Positions 1 through 10,522 of a stretch of DNA of 58,943 nucleotides are shown one piece after another. Positions within the stretch are counted from its first letter, which is position 1. Every line of letters begins with the position of its first letter. The DNA is taken from positions 1-58,943 of the forward strand of contig CAVSBT010000009.1 of the NCBI GenBank assembly GCA_963726245.1. The letters run 5' to 3'. The notes below the pieces were generated by a model that did no database searches, was not told the origin of the DNA, and saw nothing but the letters and a program-made list of their open reading frames with translations. A program made the position numbers and the translations under genes. This stretch comes from an uncultured Chloroflexia bacterium (GTDB lineage Bacteria; Chloroflexota; Dehalococcoidia; DSTF01; JALHUB01).

Positions 1-38
1 AGCTTAAGGAAAGGCCTGGGGAACCCGTCGTCGCCCGC

Positions 39-746
39 CTAGCTGTCGGCGGGCGTCTGCTCCTGACGCGCCAACCGCTTGAGCTGACCGTCGTGCATCT
101 CCAGTATCACGTCTGCAAGGGCGGCCATCCTCATGTCGTGGCTCACCATCAGGCCCAGCTTACCGCGCGTCTTCACCTCCGCGATGAGGGAACGGACGAC
201 GCGCTCTCCCTGCTCCGAATCCAGGTTGGCCGTAGGCTCGTCGACCAGGACCAAGAGCGGGTCACGCATGAGGGCGCGGCCGATGGCGACGCGCTGACGC
301 TCGCCGCCCGAGAGCTCAGTCGCCAGCGCGCCAGCGCGAGCGGCGAGCCCCAGTTCGTCGAGAAGCCGGTTCGCCCGCTCGGCGGCCTCGCGGCGGCTCC
401 CCGAGCCTATCTCGTTCATGATCAGCAGATTCTCGCGCGCCGTCAGGAACGGGATGAGGTTGTTCGCCTGAAAGACGAAGCCGACCGCATCACGGCGGTA
501 CGCCGCCCGCTCGGCAGCGGAGAGCCGGGTGATCTCGCGGTCGCTGACCGTGATGCTGCCACTCGAAGGGGTGAGCAGCCCGCCGATCATCGCCAGCAAC
601 GTCGTCTTGCCCGAACCCGAGGGGCCCACAATGGCGACGAAGTCGCCGGGCTGGGTCGCGAAGCTCACGTCGCGCACGGCGTGCACGGCCAGCGCGCCGC
701 TGCCGTACGTCTTGTTGAGGGCCATCACTGTCAGCGTCGCGCTCAT
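39..746 (-). CDS. ABC transporter ATP-binding protein (LolD/MacB/HrtA family)
   Basis: Walker A GPSGSGKTT, signature LSGGERQR, Walker B VLVDEPT, VSH switch; adjacent to FtsX-type permease. Confidence 0.93.
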   Translation of the reverse strand: MSATLTVMALNKTYGSGALAVHAVRDVSFATQPGDFVAIVGPSGSGKTTLLAMIGGLLTPSSGSITVSDREITRLSAAERAAYRRDAVGFVFQANNLIPFLTARENLLIMNEIGSGSRREAAERANRLLDELGLAARAGALATELSGGERQRVAIGRALMRDPLLVLVDEPTANLDSEQGERVVRSLIAEVKTRGKLGLMVSHDMRMAALADVILEMHDGQLKRLARQEQTPADS

Positions 747-747
747 C

Positions 748-1848
748 TCACTGCTGCTGACCGAGTGCGATGATGGGGTCGACGCGGGCCAACTGGCGAA
801 CCGAGAACAGCGCCCCGATGATCCCGGTCGCGACGAGCAAGAGTGAGGTCACAACAAAGGTGCCCCCGGTGAAGGCGATGGGCACCGTCCTCGGAAGCCG
901 GGCCAGTGCCGCGCCCGTCGCGTAGGCCAGGGGCACAGAGACGCCGACACCGAGCACTGTGACCGCCAGCACCTGGGTGAGCAACTGGCGGAAGATGTAG
1001 GCGCTGCTGGCGCCCAATGCCTTCAGCAGCCCAATCTGCGCCACCTTCTGCATGGTCAGCACGTAGAAGAAGATGCCGATGACGAGGGCGCCGATGAGGA
1101 AACCGAAGGCCCGCAGCGCGTCCACCGTCGCCTGCTGCCCTTGCACACCCTCGATATTGGCGAACGCCGTATCCTTGGAGACTACCTCATAGGTGTCGGT
1201 CGCTCTGCCGACCAGATTCCGCCCTTTCAGCAGAGCGACGCTGGCCGCCGGCAGGTCGGAATCGGCGGAGCCGTACTTGACCTCTCGCCAGCTATCGAGG
1301 AGCACGTAGAGCACCGGCTGGAAGAAGAAGTAGCCCTCATCGATTCTGCCCACGATGGTGAACTCGAAATCCTTGAGCCGCGACGGCACTGTGAGCCGAT
1401 CGCCGACGGAGAGGCCTGAGACCTTCAAGAACGAGGCGTCGGCCAGCACCCCGCGGCCGTCCCCGGTGGTAAGCGTCCTGCCGCCGGTGACCCGCGGCTC
1501 GACGATGGAGCCGGGCGCATAGCCGAGGAGAGCCGCCGTCGTGATGTTGCCCTTGGAGTTGCGGGTGTTCACGCCGACGTACCCCAGCGGCGCCCAGTCT
1601 GACACGCCATCGAGCCGGCTGATCTCGTCAACCGTCTCCGCTGAGAGCTCCGAGCGGATGACGCTCAGGTCGCTGCTCTTCGCGTAGGCGAGGGCGTCGG
1701 CGTTCAGCCCTCGCAGCGCGCTTCCCGCCTGCTCGTTCAGGCCGATACCCAGCCCGTTGATCATGAGGACCAGGTAGGAGATCAGCGCCACCACCAGGGC
1801 GACGAGCGCAAACTGGAACTTGCGCCGCTGGATCTCTTTCAACCCCAT
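748..1848 (-). CDS. ABC transporter permease, FtsX/MacB-like (HrtB-like)
   Basis: N-terminal TM, large extracytoplasmic loop, C-terminal QK..QIGLLKALGAS FtsX motif, ends RVDPIIALG. Confidence 0.88.
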   Translation of the reverse strand: MGLKEIQRRKFQFALVALVVALISYLVLMINGLGIGLNEQAGSALRGLNADALAYAKSSDLSVIRSELSAETVDEISRLDGVSDWAPLGYVGVNTRNSKGNITTAALLGYAPGSIVEPRVTGGRTLTTGDGRGVLADASFLKVSGLSVGDRLTVPSRLKDFEFTIVGRIDEGYFFFQPVLYVLLDSWREVKYGSADSDLPAASVALLKGRNLVGRATDTYEVVSKDTAFANIEGVQGQQATVDALRAFGFLIGALVIGIFFYVLTMQKVAQIGLLKALGASSAYIFRQLLTQVLAVTVLGVGVSVPLAYATGAALARLPRTVPIAFTGGTFVVTSLLLVATGIIGALFSVRQLARVDPIIALGQQQ

Positions 1849-2110
1849 CGTGAGGGCTCCTGCACCAGAAACGTCGATAGGCGACTAACAGGCATGGGAG
1901 GCTCGAAGCGCTACTCACAGCCACTAAACAGTCTACATCAAGCTCGAGGTTCGCCGCAGCGGCTGACGGAAGCCTTCCCGCGCCTCGTACCGCGCGAACC
2001 GCGCGCCTCCCTAGCCAGGTCTCGTACAGGGTCTCGCGCCCGCAGATCGGGGCAAACACCTATGTCGTGCGGCTTACCTCCTCCGAACATCTACCTGAGC
2101 AGGAGGAGGT

Positions 2111-3322
2111 ATGGCGAAAGCAACAGAGGCTATCGCCTCACTGCCCATTACGCGGCCCGAATCGCCCACTTTCCAGGAAAGCGAGCGCGATACGGGCCTC
2201 TTCGATGTTTCCATCGTCATCCCCTGCCTCGATGAAGAGGACTCGATAGGCGTCTGCGTGAGCAAGGCCCGTCGCTGGCTTCAGCGCTCGGCGCTCAGCG
2301 GCGAGGTCATCGTCGTCGATAACGGCTCGCAGGACGGCTCAGTCCGCCAGGCGGCGCGCGCGGGGGCCAGGGTGATCCACGAGGCCCGCCGTGGCTACGG
2401 TAGCGCGCTGCTGCGCGGCATCGCCGAGTCACGCAGCCGCTACGTCGTCATGGGCGACGGCGACGACACCTACGACTACTCGAACCTGGACGCATTCATG
2501 CACGCCCTCGACGACGGCGCCGACATCGTGGTCGGCAACCGTTACAAGGGTGGGATAGTCCCCGGCGCCATGACCTGGAGCCACCGCTACATCGGCACGC
2601 CGATCATCACGCTGTTGCTCCGCCTGTGCAGCGGCGCCCGGCTCGCCGATAGCCAGTGCGGCCTGCGGGCATTCCGGCGGGTCGCCTTCGAGCAACTGGA
2701 CATGCACACGCCAGGCATGGAGTTCGCCTCGGAGATGATCCTGAAGGCGGCGCGAAGAGGCATGCGGCTGGCGGAAGTCCCCATACCCTACTATCCCCGC
2801 GCCGGCGAAGCGAAGCTGAGGACATTTCGGGACGGCTGGCGCCACCTGCGCTTCCTGCTGCTGACCACCCCCAATTTCTTGTACACGGTTCCCGGCCTCC
2901 TGCTCACTTTCGTGGGGGCGCTAATCCTGGCCCTGGGCCTGGCGTCGTCCCGCGGTATCGTCATCGGAACCATGGAGTGGCAGCCGGTGTTTGCGGGGAC
3001 AATACTGCTGGTCCTGGGGATCAACGCCCTCCTGTTCAGCGGCGTCGCCCACATCTACACCACCTCGATCGGCATCACCCAGCCCGACCTGGTCCACGCC
3101 CTGGCCAGCCGTGTGCTGCGCTTCGAGGTGGTCATGGCTGGAGCGGCGGCCCTCATCGCCGTCGGCATTGGTCTCGACATCTTTCTGATGGCCGAGGACG
3201 TGTCTGCAGCCGCCGTCCCCAACAGACTGGGGCTCGCTGCCGTCGCCCAGGCGGTCATCCTCATCGCAGGCAACTTCGGGCTGGCCGGCTTTCTAGCCAG
3301 CCTACTGAACGGCTCAAAGTAA
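2111..3322 (+). CDS. GT2 glycosyltransferase, polyprenyl-phosphate glycosyltransferase (DPM1-like) with C-terminal TM helices
   Basis: VSIVIPCLDEE, VVDNGSQD, RGYGSAL, MGDGDDTY, DSQCGLRAF, GMEFASEM; RBS AGGAGG upstream. Confidence 0.9.
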   Translation: MAKATEAIASLPITRPESPTFQESERDTGLFDVSIVIPCLDEEDSIGVCVSKARRWLQRSALSGEVIVVDNGSQDGSVRQAARAGARVIHEARRGYGSALLRGIAESRSRYVVMGDGDDTYDYSNLDAFMHALDDGADIVVGNRYKGGIVPGAMTWSHRYIGTPIITLLLRLCSGARLADSQCGLRAFRRVAFEQLDMHTPGMEFASEMILKAARRGMRLAEVPIPYYPRAGEAKLRTFRDGWRHLRFLLLTTPNFLYTVPGLLLTFVGALILALGLASSRGIVIGTMEWQPVFAGTILLVLGINALLFSGVAHIYTTSIGITQPDLVHALASRVLRFEVVMAGAAALIAVGIGLDIFLMAEDVSAAAVPNRLGLAAVAQAVILIAGNFGLAGFLASLLNGSK

Positions 3323-3368
3323 GCACCGCCCGGCGCGAGCCGGGCTTAATCGAAGGGGAAGGACCCAG

Positions 3369-4586
3369 TTGGAGGGCATGGACGCCACCACCACGCCGAA
3401 GCCCCTGAAGATCGACGTCTTCACCGACTACTTCCCGCCCCACCTCGGAGGCGGCGTCGAGCGCGTCGTCGATGAAGTCTGCCGGTGCCTGGCTCGACAG
3501 GGCCACGCCCTGCGGGTCTTCACCTTCAACACCGCCCGCGCGCCTGCCCACGAGGTCGTCGACGGAGTTCACGTCTACCGCGCCCCGGCCATCCAGTTGA
3601 CCCGCGTCACCCGCATGCAGGCCTCCTTCTCGCCTGGGCTCCTGCCGCTGGCCTGGAGGCTGGCCCGCTCACAGCCGCCCGACATCCTTCACGCTCACAA
3701 CCTGTTCTTCTCGTCGACCACGGCCGCCGTCCTCCTACGGCGCGTCCTGAAGAGGCCCCTGGTGACCACCATGCACCTGGGCTCTCTGCGACATCTCGGC
3801 GGGCCCTCGCGGCTCCTGGCCTCGTCCTACGAACGAACCCTGGGGCGGGCTATCGTCCGTGGCAGCGACCGCCTCATCGCCGTGAGCAACGATGTCGCCC
3901 AGCATGCCGTTCACCTCGGCGCCAGACCCGAGGCGGTGCGGATCATCGCCAATGGCGTCGATGTCCGGCAGTTCCGTCCCAGCACAAGCCGGGAGAACGG
4001 CCCCTTCCGGGTCGCCTGCGTCGGCCGTCTCATCTTCAACAAGGGCCCGCAGTACCTGGTGGAGGCGGCTCCCGAGGTTCTGCGAGCTCACCCGGAGACG
4101 GAGTTCGTCTTCGTCGGCGACGGGCCCCTGCGGCCTCGTCTGGAGGAGCGGGCCCGCCGGCTCGGGATCAGTCACCGCGTGACGTTCCTGGGAACCCGGC
4201 CCGACGTCGCCGCCATCCTGCAAAGGTGCGACCTGCTCGCGCGTCCCTCCCTGCTGGAAGGGATGCCCCTGACGGTCCTGGAGGCTATGGCCTGCGGACT
4301 GCCGGTCGTGGCCACACCCATCTCCGGCACAGCGGAGCTGGTGCGCGACGGCGAGACCGGCCTCCTCGTCCGCCCGGCCGACCCGGCCTCCCTGGCGCGG
4401 GCGATCCTGCGCCTGATGGATGACGAGCCGCTGCGCGAGGCGTGCGGCAAGAAGGCCAGGCGCCTGGTGGCGCGCGGCCACAGTTGGGACGCCGTCGCGG
4501 CGAAGACGCTGGCCGTGTACAGCGAGCTCCTGCCACAGGCAACGCAGGAACCGGCAGCGGCGCAACCGCTGGCTAGAGCAGCTTAG
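3369..4586 (+). CDS. GT4 (GT-B fold) glycosyltransferase
   Basis: GGVERVV, DILHAH, IANGVD, VGRLIFNKG, EGMPLTVLEAMACGLPVVAT; start may be 3378. Confidence 0.92.
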   Translation: MEGMDATTTPKPLKIDVFTDYFPPHLGGGVERVVDEVCRCLARQGHALRVFTFNTARAPAHEVVDGVHVYRAPAIQLTRVTRMQASFSPGLLPLAWRLARSQPPDILHAHNLFFSSTTAAVLLRRVLKRPLVTTMHLGSLRHLGGPSRLLASSYERTLGRAIVRGSDRLIAVSNDVAQHAVHLGARPEAVRIIANGVDVRQFRPSTSRENGPFRVACVGRLIFNKGPQYLVEAAPEVLRAHPETEFVFVGDGPLRPRLEERARRLGISHRVTFLGTRPDVAAILQRCDLLARPSLLEGMPLTVLEAMACGLPVVATPISGTAELVRDGETGLLVRPADPASLARAILRLMDDEPLREACGKKARRLVARGHSWDAVAAKTLAVYSELLPQATQEPAAAQPLARAA

Positions 4587-4598
4587 GAGAAACCTGCC

Positions 4599-5697
4599 AT
4601 GATTCAGCCAAGGAAGCCTCTCGCCGTTGGAGTAATTGGAGCGGGATGGGTGGCGACGGCCCGCCATATCCCGTCCTTCCAGCGCGACCCCCGCGTCCGC
4701 GTGGAGGCTCTGCTGGAGCCGGCCCCGCAGCGGGCGCGCGACGCCGCCCGTCGCTATCACATACCTCACACCTACAGCGAGCTGCCGGCTTTCCTGGCCC
4801 ACGGTCTCGACGTGGTGGCGATCTGCACGCCGCCCTGGACGCACGCGCCCCTGGCCATCGAAGCGCTGCGCCGCGGCTGCCACGTCCTGGTCGAGAAGCC
4901 CATGGCCATGTCCGTCGAAGAGGCCTCGCAGATGGTCGAGGCGGCGAAGGAGGCCGGTACCAGCCTCTGCATCGCCCACAACTTCCTCTTCTCACGCTCC
5001 ATGCGCAAGGCGATGCTCCTCCTGGAGCGCGGCGACGTGGGCCAGGTGCAGCACGCCATCGCCCTCCAGCTCAGCAGCCCACAGAGACGGCTGCCAAGCT
5101 GGTACCCGGACCTGCCGGGCGGCCTCTTCTTCGACGAGTCGCCGCACATGGTCTACCTGCTGCGGCGCTTCCTGGGCGATCTGACCGTGCAGCAGGCGTG
5201 GGGCCAGGCCGCCCCGCCGGACGTCGCCCAGACGCTCGACCGGGTGGAAGCGCGGCTCCAGGGCGCCTGGGGCAGCGCCCACCTCAGCATGTCCTTCCGC
5301 TCCCCCATCTCCGAGTGGCTCCTCATGGTCGTCGGGACGAAGCGGGTGCTGGTGCTGGACGTCTTCCGCGACATTCTGATGGTCCAGAGCCCCGACGGCG
5401 CCCACGGCACCGGCGATGTGCTGAAGAAGCTCCTTCCGGGCCTCCTGGCAAGGGCTGGCCGGCTTCGTGACCTCCGGCGCTCTCTTCTCGACCGGGCGGC
5501 TGTTCTACGGCCACGAGACCCTGGTGCAGCGCTTCGTCGACAGCATAGTTGACGGCACGCCCGTCCCCGTGCCGCCGGAAGAGGGCCTGGCCGTGATAGA
5601 GACCATGCAATCCATCCTCGAGCAGACCAGTGCGAGCGTAGAGGCGCCAGGCTCCCGGCGAACGGCGAGGGGCCCGCTTGAAGGTCGTCGGCGGGAT
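4599..5697 (+). CDS. Gfo/Idh/MocA family NAD(P)-dependent oxidoreductase (indel near 5430)
   Basis: VGVIGAG, ICTPPWTH, HVLVEKPMA, GGLFFDESPH; C-terminus (FVDSIVDGTPVPVPPEEGLAVIE) continues in the 5467 frame; end uncertain. Confidence 0.8.
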
Positions 5698-7305
5698 ATG
5701 AGCCGCAAATCAAGGAGGAGGCAGTCCGCCGTTCCCAACGGCCGCCGACCGCCGCCGCAGGCGCGGCCGGGAGGCTGGACCGCCTACCTGAACCCGAGTC
5801 GTTACTGGCTGCTCGCCGTGCTGGCGGGAGTCGCCGCCTATCGCTTCGTCGTGCTCGCCGACCAGCCGGCGCCGCCGGGCGCCGATCCGGGCAACTGGCT
5901 CGCGTTTACCCACCAGCTCTTTGGCACGCCCGTCAAGGCAGCCGCATCCGTCTACTTCCCCGTGATCCCGGTCCTCTTGAAGGCCCTGCTCGCCTTCATG
6001 CCGGCGCTCATGGCGACCAAGGTCCTGGGCGTGGGAGTATCCGTCGCCATGGGGATACCGTTCTACCTCATCCTGCGCCGTGGCTGTTCGCCCCTCCTCT
6101 CCGCCGGTCTCACCCTGGCCTTCCTTCTCGCGGGCTACCAGGAAGAGGTGCTGATCTTCGGCGGCTACCCTCAGCTCCTGGCCACGACCTTCCTGCTGTT
6201 CACGGTGTACTGGCTGATGGACGGTCTCATCTCCGGCCGGCTGCGGCCGCTCCTTCTGGCCGCGGCCAGCACCGCGCTGGTGGCCGGCACGCACCACTTC
6301 ACGCTGCTGCTCATGCCGCCGACGCTACTGGTCCTGGGGGCGGCGCTGTTCATCCAGGAGCGGCCGCCCATACGCCCGTTCCTGCGCAACGCCGGCGTCT
6401 GGGCGCTGGCGCGCGGCCGTCTTCACGCCTTCCCTTCCTGCCCTGGTACGTCGATTTCCTGTCCCTCATGCAAGGCAATCCGGCCAACGCGACCGGCTTC
6501 AGCATCCTCGACGTGAACGGCGTCACAACCTACGTCTTCCTCGAGAACCGCTCATTCTGGGTGGCCTTGCTCGTCGTGGCCGCCGCCCTGCCTCTTGTGC
6601 CCCGCCTCGGCGAGAGGGCCGCCAGGATGAGGCCCGCCGCCCTGGCCCTCCTGGCCGGCCCGTTGCTGGGCTTCGCCCTCACCAGCGAGGTCCGCACCTT
6701 CCAGCTCATCGAGGCCGGCATCGTGATGTCGCTGGCCCTGCCGGTGGCCGCCGTCGAGCAGCACCTCAGCCAGACCCGGGTGAGCGGTGACCTTCCGGCA
6801 GGTGGAGCGCCTGTCCCTGGGCCTGGCGGTAGCTGCCTTGCTCACCGTCATAGCCACTTCCGGCAACGAGCGCCTCACGAGGCAACGGGCGGTCTACCAG
6901 ATAGTGGACGGCCCGGCCCTGGAGGCCCTGAACTGGCTGCACGAGCACACCCCGCCCGGTGCCCGCGTGGTCGCCAACGACTCAGTCGGCAGGGTGTCCT
7001 ACGCCTGGTGGGTGGAGGGGTACGCCGAGCGCCCCACCTACAGCCTCATCCTGCCCGCCTACCTCTCCTTCGCCGAAGAGAAGGAGCAATCGACGCTGGC
7101 CACTCGGCTGCTGGAGGAAGATACGCCGCCCTCCGAGGTGGAATCCATCCTCCAGCAGACGGGCATCGAGTACATCTTCCTCGACAAGCGGACCGGCGGC
7201 AGGTTCAAGCCCCTGCTCTCGAAGACCACGTACTACCTGTCCATGGAGAACGACGAGTTCGCCATCCTCCGTCTCCCCCAGGCGGAAGCGCGGGCGAAGC
7301 CGTGA
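5698..7305 (+). CDS. Multi-TM GT-C-type glycosyltransferase with STT3/AglB-like soluble C-terminal domain (indels near 6420 and 6780)
   Basis: First-loop GADPGNW, many TM helices, GGYPQLLA, C-terminal EALNWLHEHTPPGARVVA...WWVEGYAERPT and GIEYIFLD; reconstructed from three ORF frames. Confidence 0.6.
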
Positions 7306-8444
7306 CCCTGTCCTCGCGCGGCGCGACGGCGCTTCAGGCAAACCCTGCATCCCCGCCGGGCGAGCCGGTCCCGCCCGCAGTGACGTCTCGCGAGCTGCCC
7401 GCCTCAGGACGCCCGGTCGCCTGGGGCCGAGGCCTCCTCATCTCGCTGGTGATCGCCTTCGCCGTGCCGACGGGCCTCGGGCTCTATGCAGATTTCGGGG
7501 ACGTCTCCGCGACCCTGGCCGGCTTCCAGTGGAACCTTCTGCCGGCGCTGCTTGGCCTGACGGTGGTCAACTACCTGGTGCGCTATCTCCGCTGGCGGAA
7601 GCTGGTGCAGCTTGCCAGCGGCCAGTCGCCTGGTCTACGGCAAGACCTGCTGGTCTTCTTCGCGGGCACGGCGATGATTCTGACGCCTGCGCGTCTGGGC
7701 GAATGGGCAAAGAGCTACTACGCCCGCCGGCTATACGGCGCGCCGGTGGCGCGCACCGCCCCCATACCGCTCGTGGAGCGCATCACCGATGCTCTCGTCA
7801 TGCTCCTGCTGGCCACAGCCGGCCTTGTCCTGTTCGGCTGGGACAGGACTGTCTTCGTCGTGGTGGGCGTCGTCGCTGTGGGGGCTGTGGTGGCACTACG
7901 ACACCGAGGGCTGCTGGGGCTGGTCCTGCGAGGCGCGGCGCGATTCCCGCCCGCCCGCCGTCTTCTGCCACCCGTGGAAGACTTCCATGAAAGCTCGCGC
8001 CTTCTGCTCTCGTTGACGGGGCTGTCCTGGGCACTCAGCCTCGGGCTCGTGGCCTGGTCGCTGGAGTGTCTAACGTTCTTCCTGGTGCTCGTGGGCCTGG
8101 GCAGGCCCGCGACCTGGGAGCTAGTGGTTCAGGCCGCCTTCATATTCCCGATTGCATCGCTTGCCGGCAGCTTCTCGCTGATACCGGGAGGGCTCGGTGT
8201 GACAGAGGCCGGCATCACCGGCATGACTCAGGCGATCATCAGCGCCCCGCGAAGCGTAGCCGTTGCGTCCGCGCTCCTCGTTCGTGCCATCATCCTGGGC
8301 TTCGGCTTCACGCTGGGGTTGCTCGCGCTGGCGGTCGTCAGCCGGCCCGCTGCCAGCGGTCGCGCTAGCGGTCAGAGTCGCGGAGAGCGCCGAGTTCCCC
8401 TGTCACCGGCCGCGGAAGAAGCCCTTCACGTGGTCCAAGAATGA
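7302..8444 (+). CDS. Lysylphosphatidylglycerol synthase TM-domain (UPF0104) flippase-like protein
   Basis: RYLRW, LTPARLGEWAK, VERITD, SLIPGGLGVTEAG motifs; GTG start overlaps previous TGA (GTGA). Confidence 0.85.
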   Translation: MTLSSRGATALQANPASPPGEPVPPAVTSRELPASGRPVAWGRGLLISLVIAFAVPTGLGLYADFGDVSATLAGFQWNLLPALLGLTVVNYLVRYLRWRKLVQLASGQSPGLRQDLLVFFAGTAMILTPARLGEWAKSYYARRLYGAPVARTAPIPLVERITDALVMLLLATAGLVLFGWDRTVFVVVGVVAVGAVVALRHRGLLGLVLRGAARFPPARRLLPPVEDFHESSRLLLSLTGLSWALSLGLVAWSLECLTFFLVLVGLGRPATWELVVQAAFIFPIASLAGSFSLIPGGLGVTEAGITGMTQAIISAPRSVAVASALLVRAIILGFGFTLGLLALAVVSRPAASGRASGQSRGERRVPLSPAAEEALHVVQE

Positions 8445-8843
8445 CGGATGCCTCATGTGGTCGAGGAACTGACCCCAGGACGCTTCGGCGGAGGCGGCGC
8501 GGTGCAGATCGCGGACGCGCTCCGCGACTATGTCGCGGATGCGTCCCTCCTCGCCGGCGTCGAGCCAGAACCCGTGTTGGTCCTCGCAGGTGTTCAGCTC
8601 CAGGTTGTAGGCGCGGTAGTCGAAGGCCGTCATCTTCTTGCCGCACTTGGGGCAGGCCAGCTCACTCAGCCGCGGGTCGTAGATGATCTGCGCCCTGCGC
8701 TCGTCTTCGGAGGCGACGGTGGCCTCTAGCTCATCCAGTTCAGGGTAGTCCAGCCAGCGCCCGTGACATGACGGACAGTGATCTACGTCGATACCCTGGT
8801 ACTTCTCGGTCTGCATCTCAACCTTGCATCGCGGGCACAGCAT
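8403..8843 (-). CDS. Tandem zf-TFIIB-type zinc-ribbon protein
   Basis: CPRC...VDHCPSCHGRWLD..EL and CPKC...LNTCEDQHGFWLDAGE; RBS AGGAG before ATG 8843. Confidence 0.8.
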   Translation of the reverse strand: MLCPRCKVEMQTEKYQGIDVDHCPSCHGRWLDYPELDELEATVASEDERRAQIIYDPRLSELACPKCGKKMTAFDYRAYNLELNTCEDQHGFWLDAGEEGRIRDIVAERVRDLHRAASAEASWGQFLDHMRHPSFLDHVKGFFRGR

Positions 8844-8933
8844 GCTCCTCACCCTCCTACGTCTCATGCTAGCACAGGCGACAGGCCAGAACGCGAAGAC
8901 GCCGACGCGGCGGCGGCCCGCCTTGCGCCACCC

Positions 8934-9716
8934 TTAGCCGTCAGACTTTGCTCTGATCGCCTCGCGTAGCGCGTTCAGGTCCTGCCAGGCGCCTCTGCCA
9001 AGGCAGGTCATGTCCGAAGTCAGCGTCACCATCTGGAAGCCCTGCTCGATACTGCGGGCGGCGAAGGCCGGGCCGGCGGTGTGGATGCCCGGTACGACGC
9101 CGTGGCGGCGGGCCGCGTCGAGGATGCGCGCGACGGCCGCCACGTGGACGGGCTCGTCGCTGTCGGAGCGCGGCGGAAGACCCAGGGCCAGGCTCAGGTC
9201 GGCGGGGCCGATGTAGCAGGCATCGACGCCGGGCACGCCCATGATATCGTCCAGGTTCTCCAGCGCCTGTCTGGTCTCGATCATGACGACGCAGAGCACC
9301 GCCTCATTCGCCCCGCCGGTATAGTCCGGTCCCGCATACACGGACGCGCGGATGGGCCCGTAGCTGCGAATCCCCAAGGGCGGGTAGCGGCAGGCGGCGA
9401 CGGCGGCCTCGGCATCGGCACGCGTATTGATGAGGGGCACGATCACGCCCCAGGCGCCGGCATCGAGCGCCTTCATAATGATAGAGGGCTCGTTCCAGGG
9501 CACGCGCACCACAGGGATGACGTCCGTGGTGGAGATGGCCTGGAGCATGCCCACGGCCTGACTGTAGTCGATGACGCCGTGCTGCATGTCGATGCAGAGC
9601 CAGTCGAAGCCGATGTGGGCCATGACCTCGGCCGAGAAGGCGTCGGGCAGGGTCAGCCAGGCGCCGATCGTGGTCTTACCTTCAGACCAGAGCCGCTTGA
9701 CCGTGTTCTCGCGCAT
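8934..9716 (-). CDS. HpcH/HpaI family aldolase
   Basis: GFDWLCIDMQHG, VRVP, ALDAGAWGVIVP, YPPLGIRS, MIET, IGPADLS; start moved to ATG 9716 behind AGGAGG. Confidence 0.92.
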   Translation of the reverse strand: MRENTVKRLWSEGKTTIGAWLTLPDAFSAEVMAHIGFDWLCIDMQHGVIDYSQAVGMLQAISTTDVIPVVRVPWNEPSIIMKALDAGAWGVIVPLINTRADAEAAVAACRYPPLGIRSYGPIRASVYAGPDYTGGANEAVLCVVMIETRQALENLDDIMGVPGVDACYIGPADLSLALGLPPRSDSDEPVHVAAVARILDAARRHGVVPGIHTAGPAFAARSIEQGFQMVTLTSDMTCLGRGAWQDLNALREAIRAKSDG

Positions 9717-9784
9717 CACGTTCCTCCTCAGCCCGCATGCTAGATCGATGGCAACCCCGCGTCCAGCAGCAATCCCCCCACCCA

Positions 9785-9810
9785 TAGGGGCGCAGCATGC
9801 TGCGCCCCTA
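9785..9810. repeat. GTAG-type REP palindrome copy 1
   Basis: Perfect palindrome TAGGGGCGCAGCATGCTGCGCCCCTA, intergenic. Confidence 0.8.
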
Positions 9811-9895
9811 CCTACCAGCCAAGGGCCGACGCAAGGCATGTTTGGATTGTATCGAGGATTCGTGGAATGTAAGCCGTCTTGGGAACGAGCGGCGC

Positions 9896-10522
9896 TCAGT
9901 CGCCGGGGGTGGCCTCGCGGAGTCCGTAGTACAGGACCCAACTGCCCGCGCCCACCAGGACGATGATCACGGCAGCCGACATAGAGCCCCACGGTACGAG
10001 CGGACCCGTACCGCCGTCTCCCGCCTTTGGCAGGCCGGTTACGCCGGTCGGGGAGGATGACTGGCTCTGGACGGCTGCGGCCGGCGTACCCTGCGGCGAC
10101 GGCTCGACGGTTGTGCTGGCCCGCATCAGGGCCGGAGTGGCCGAGGGCGTACCGCCGCCTGCGCCAATACTACAATGGTCGGGGTGGCCGTGGGAGTGCC
10201 GGTGGGCGTTACCGTAGAGGTGGCAGTGGGCGTGAAGGTAGGCGTTGGCGTGGCCGTGCTGGTAGATGTCGCCGTCGGCGTAGTGGTAGGGGTGTTCGTG
10301 GGCGTGTTGGTCGGCGTGCTCGTGGGTGTGCTGGTCGGCGTATCGGTGGGTGTGCTGGTTGGCGTGTCGGTGGGCGTACGTCGGTGGCGTCGACGTCTCC
10401 GCGTGGGCGATTCGGCTGGCGCCCGCCACCCCAGGGAGAACCAAAGACAGCGCCGCCGCCAGAGCCAGCGCCGCAGCGATACTCGCGGCCAGCCGCCACA
10501 TTCCTTGCGGTCGTACAGGCAT
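9896..10522 (-). CDS. Secreted Thr/Pro-rich surface protein with LPxAG sortase-like signal (two compensating indels near 10380 and 10170)
   Basis: Signal peptide [24 protein letters not shown]; [12 protein letters not shown] repeats in the 10126..10590 frame; C-terminal LPKAG + TM + short tail; RBS AGGAGG 8 nt before ATG 10522. Confidence 0.7.
   Translation of the reverse strand: MPVRPQGMWRLAASIAAALALAAALSLVLPGVAGASRIAHAETSTPPTYAHRHANQHTHRYADQHTHEHADQHAHEHPYHYADGDIYQHGHANAYLHAHCHLYGNAHRHSHGHPDHCSIGAGGGTPSATPALMRASTTVEPSPQGTPAAAVQSQSSSPTGVTGLPKAGDGGTGPLVPWGSMSAAVIIVLVGAGSWVLYYGLREATPGD
10175..10380 (-). repeat. 12-bp coding tandem repeat (TPT-x units)
   Basis: Units such as ggtgggtgtgct / ggtcggcgtgct; translates to [28 protein letters not shown]. 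Confidence 0.8.

Noticed and set aside
9717-9992. N-terminal extension of the HpcH aldolase in the ORF track
   Set aside because: Covers a REP palindrome and overlaps the upstream gene; the RBS supports a start at 9716
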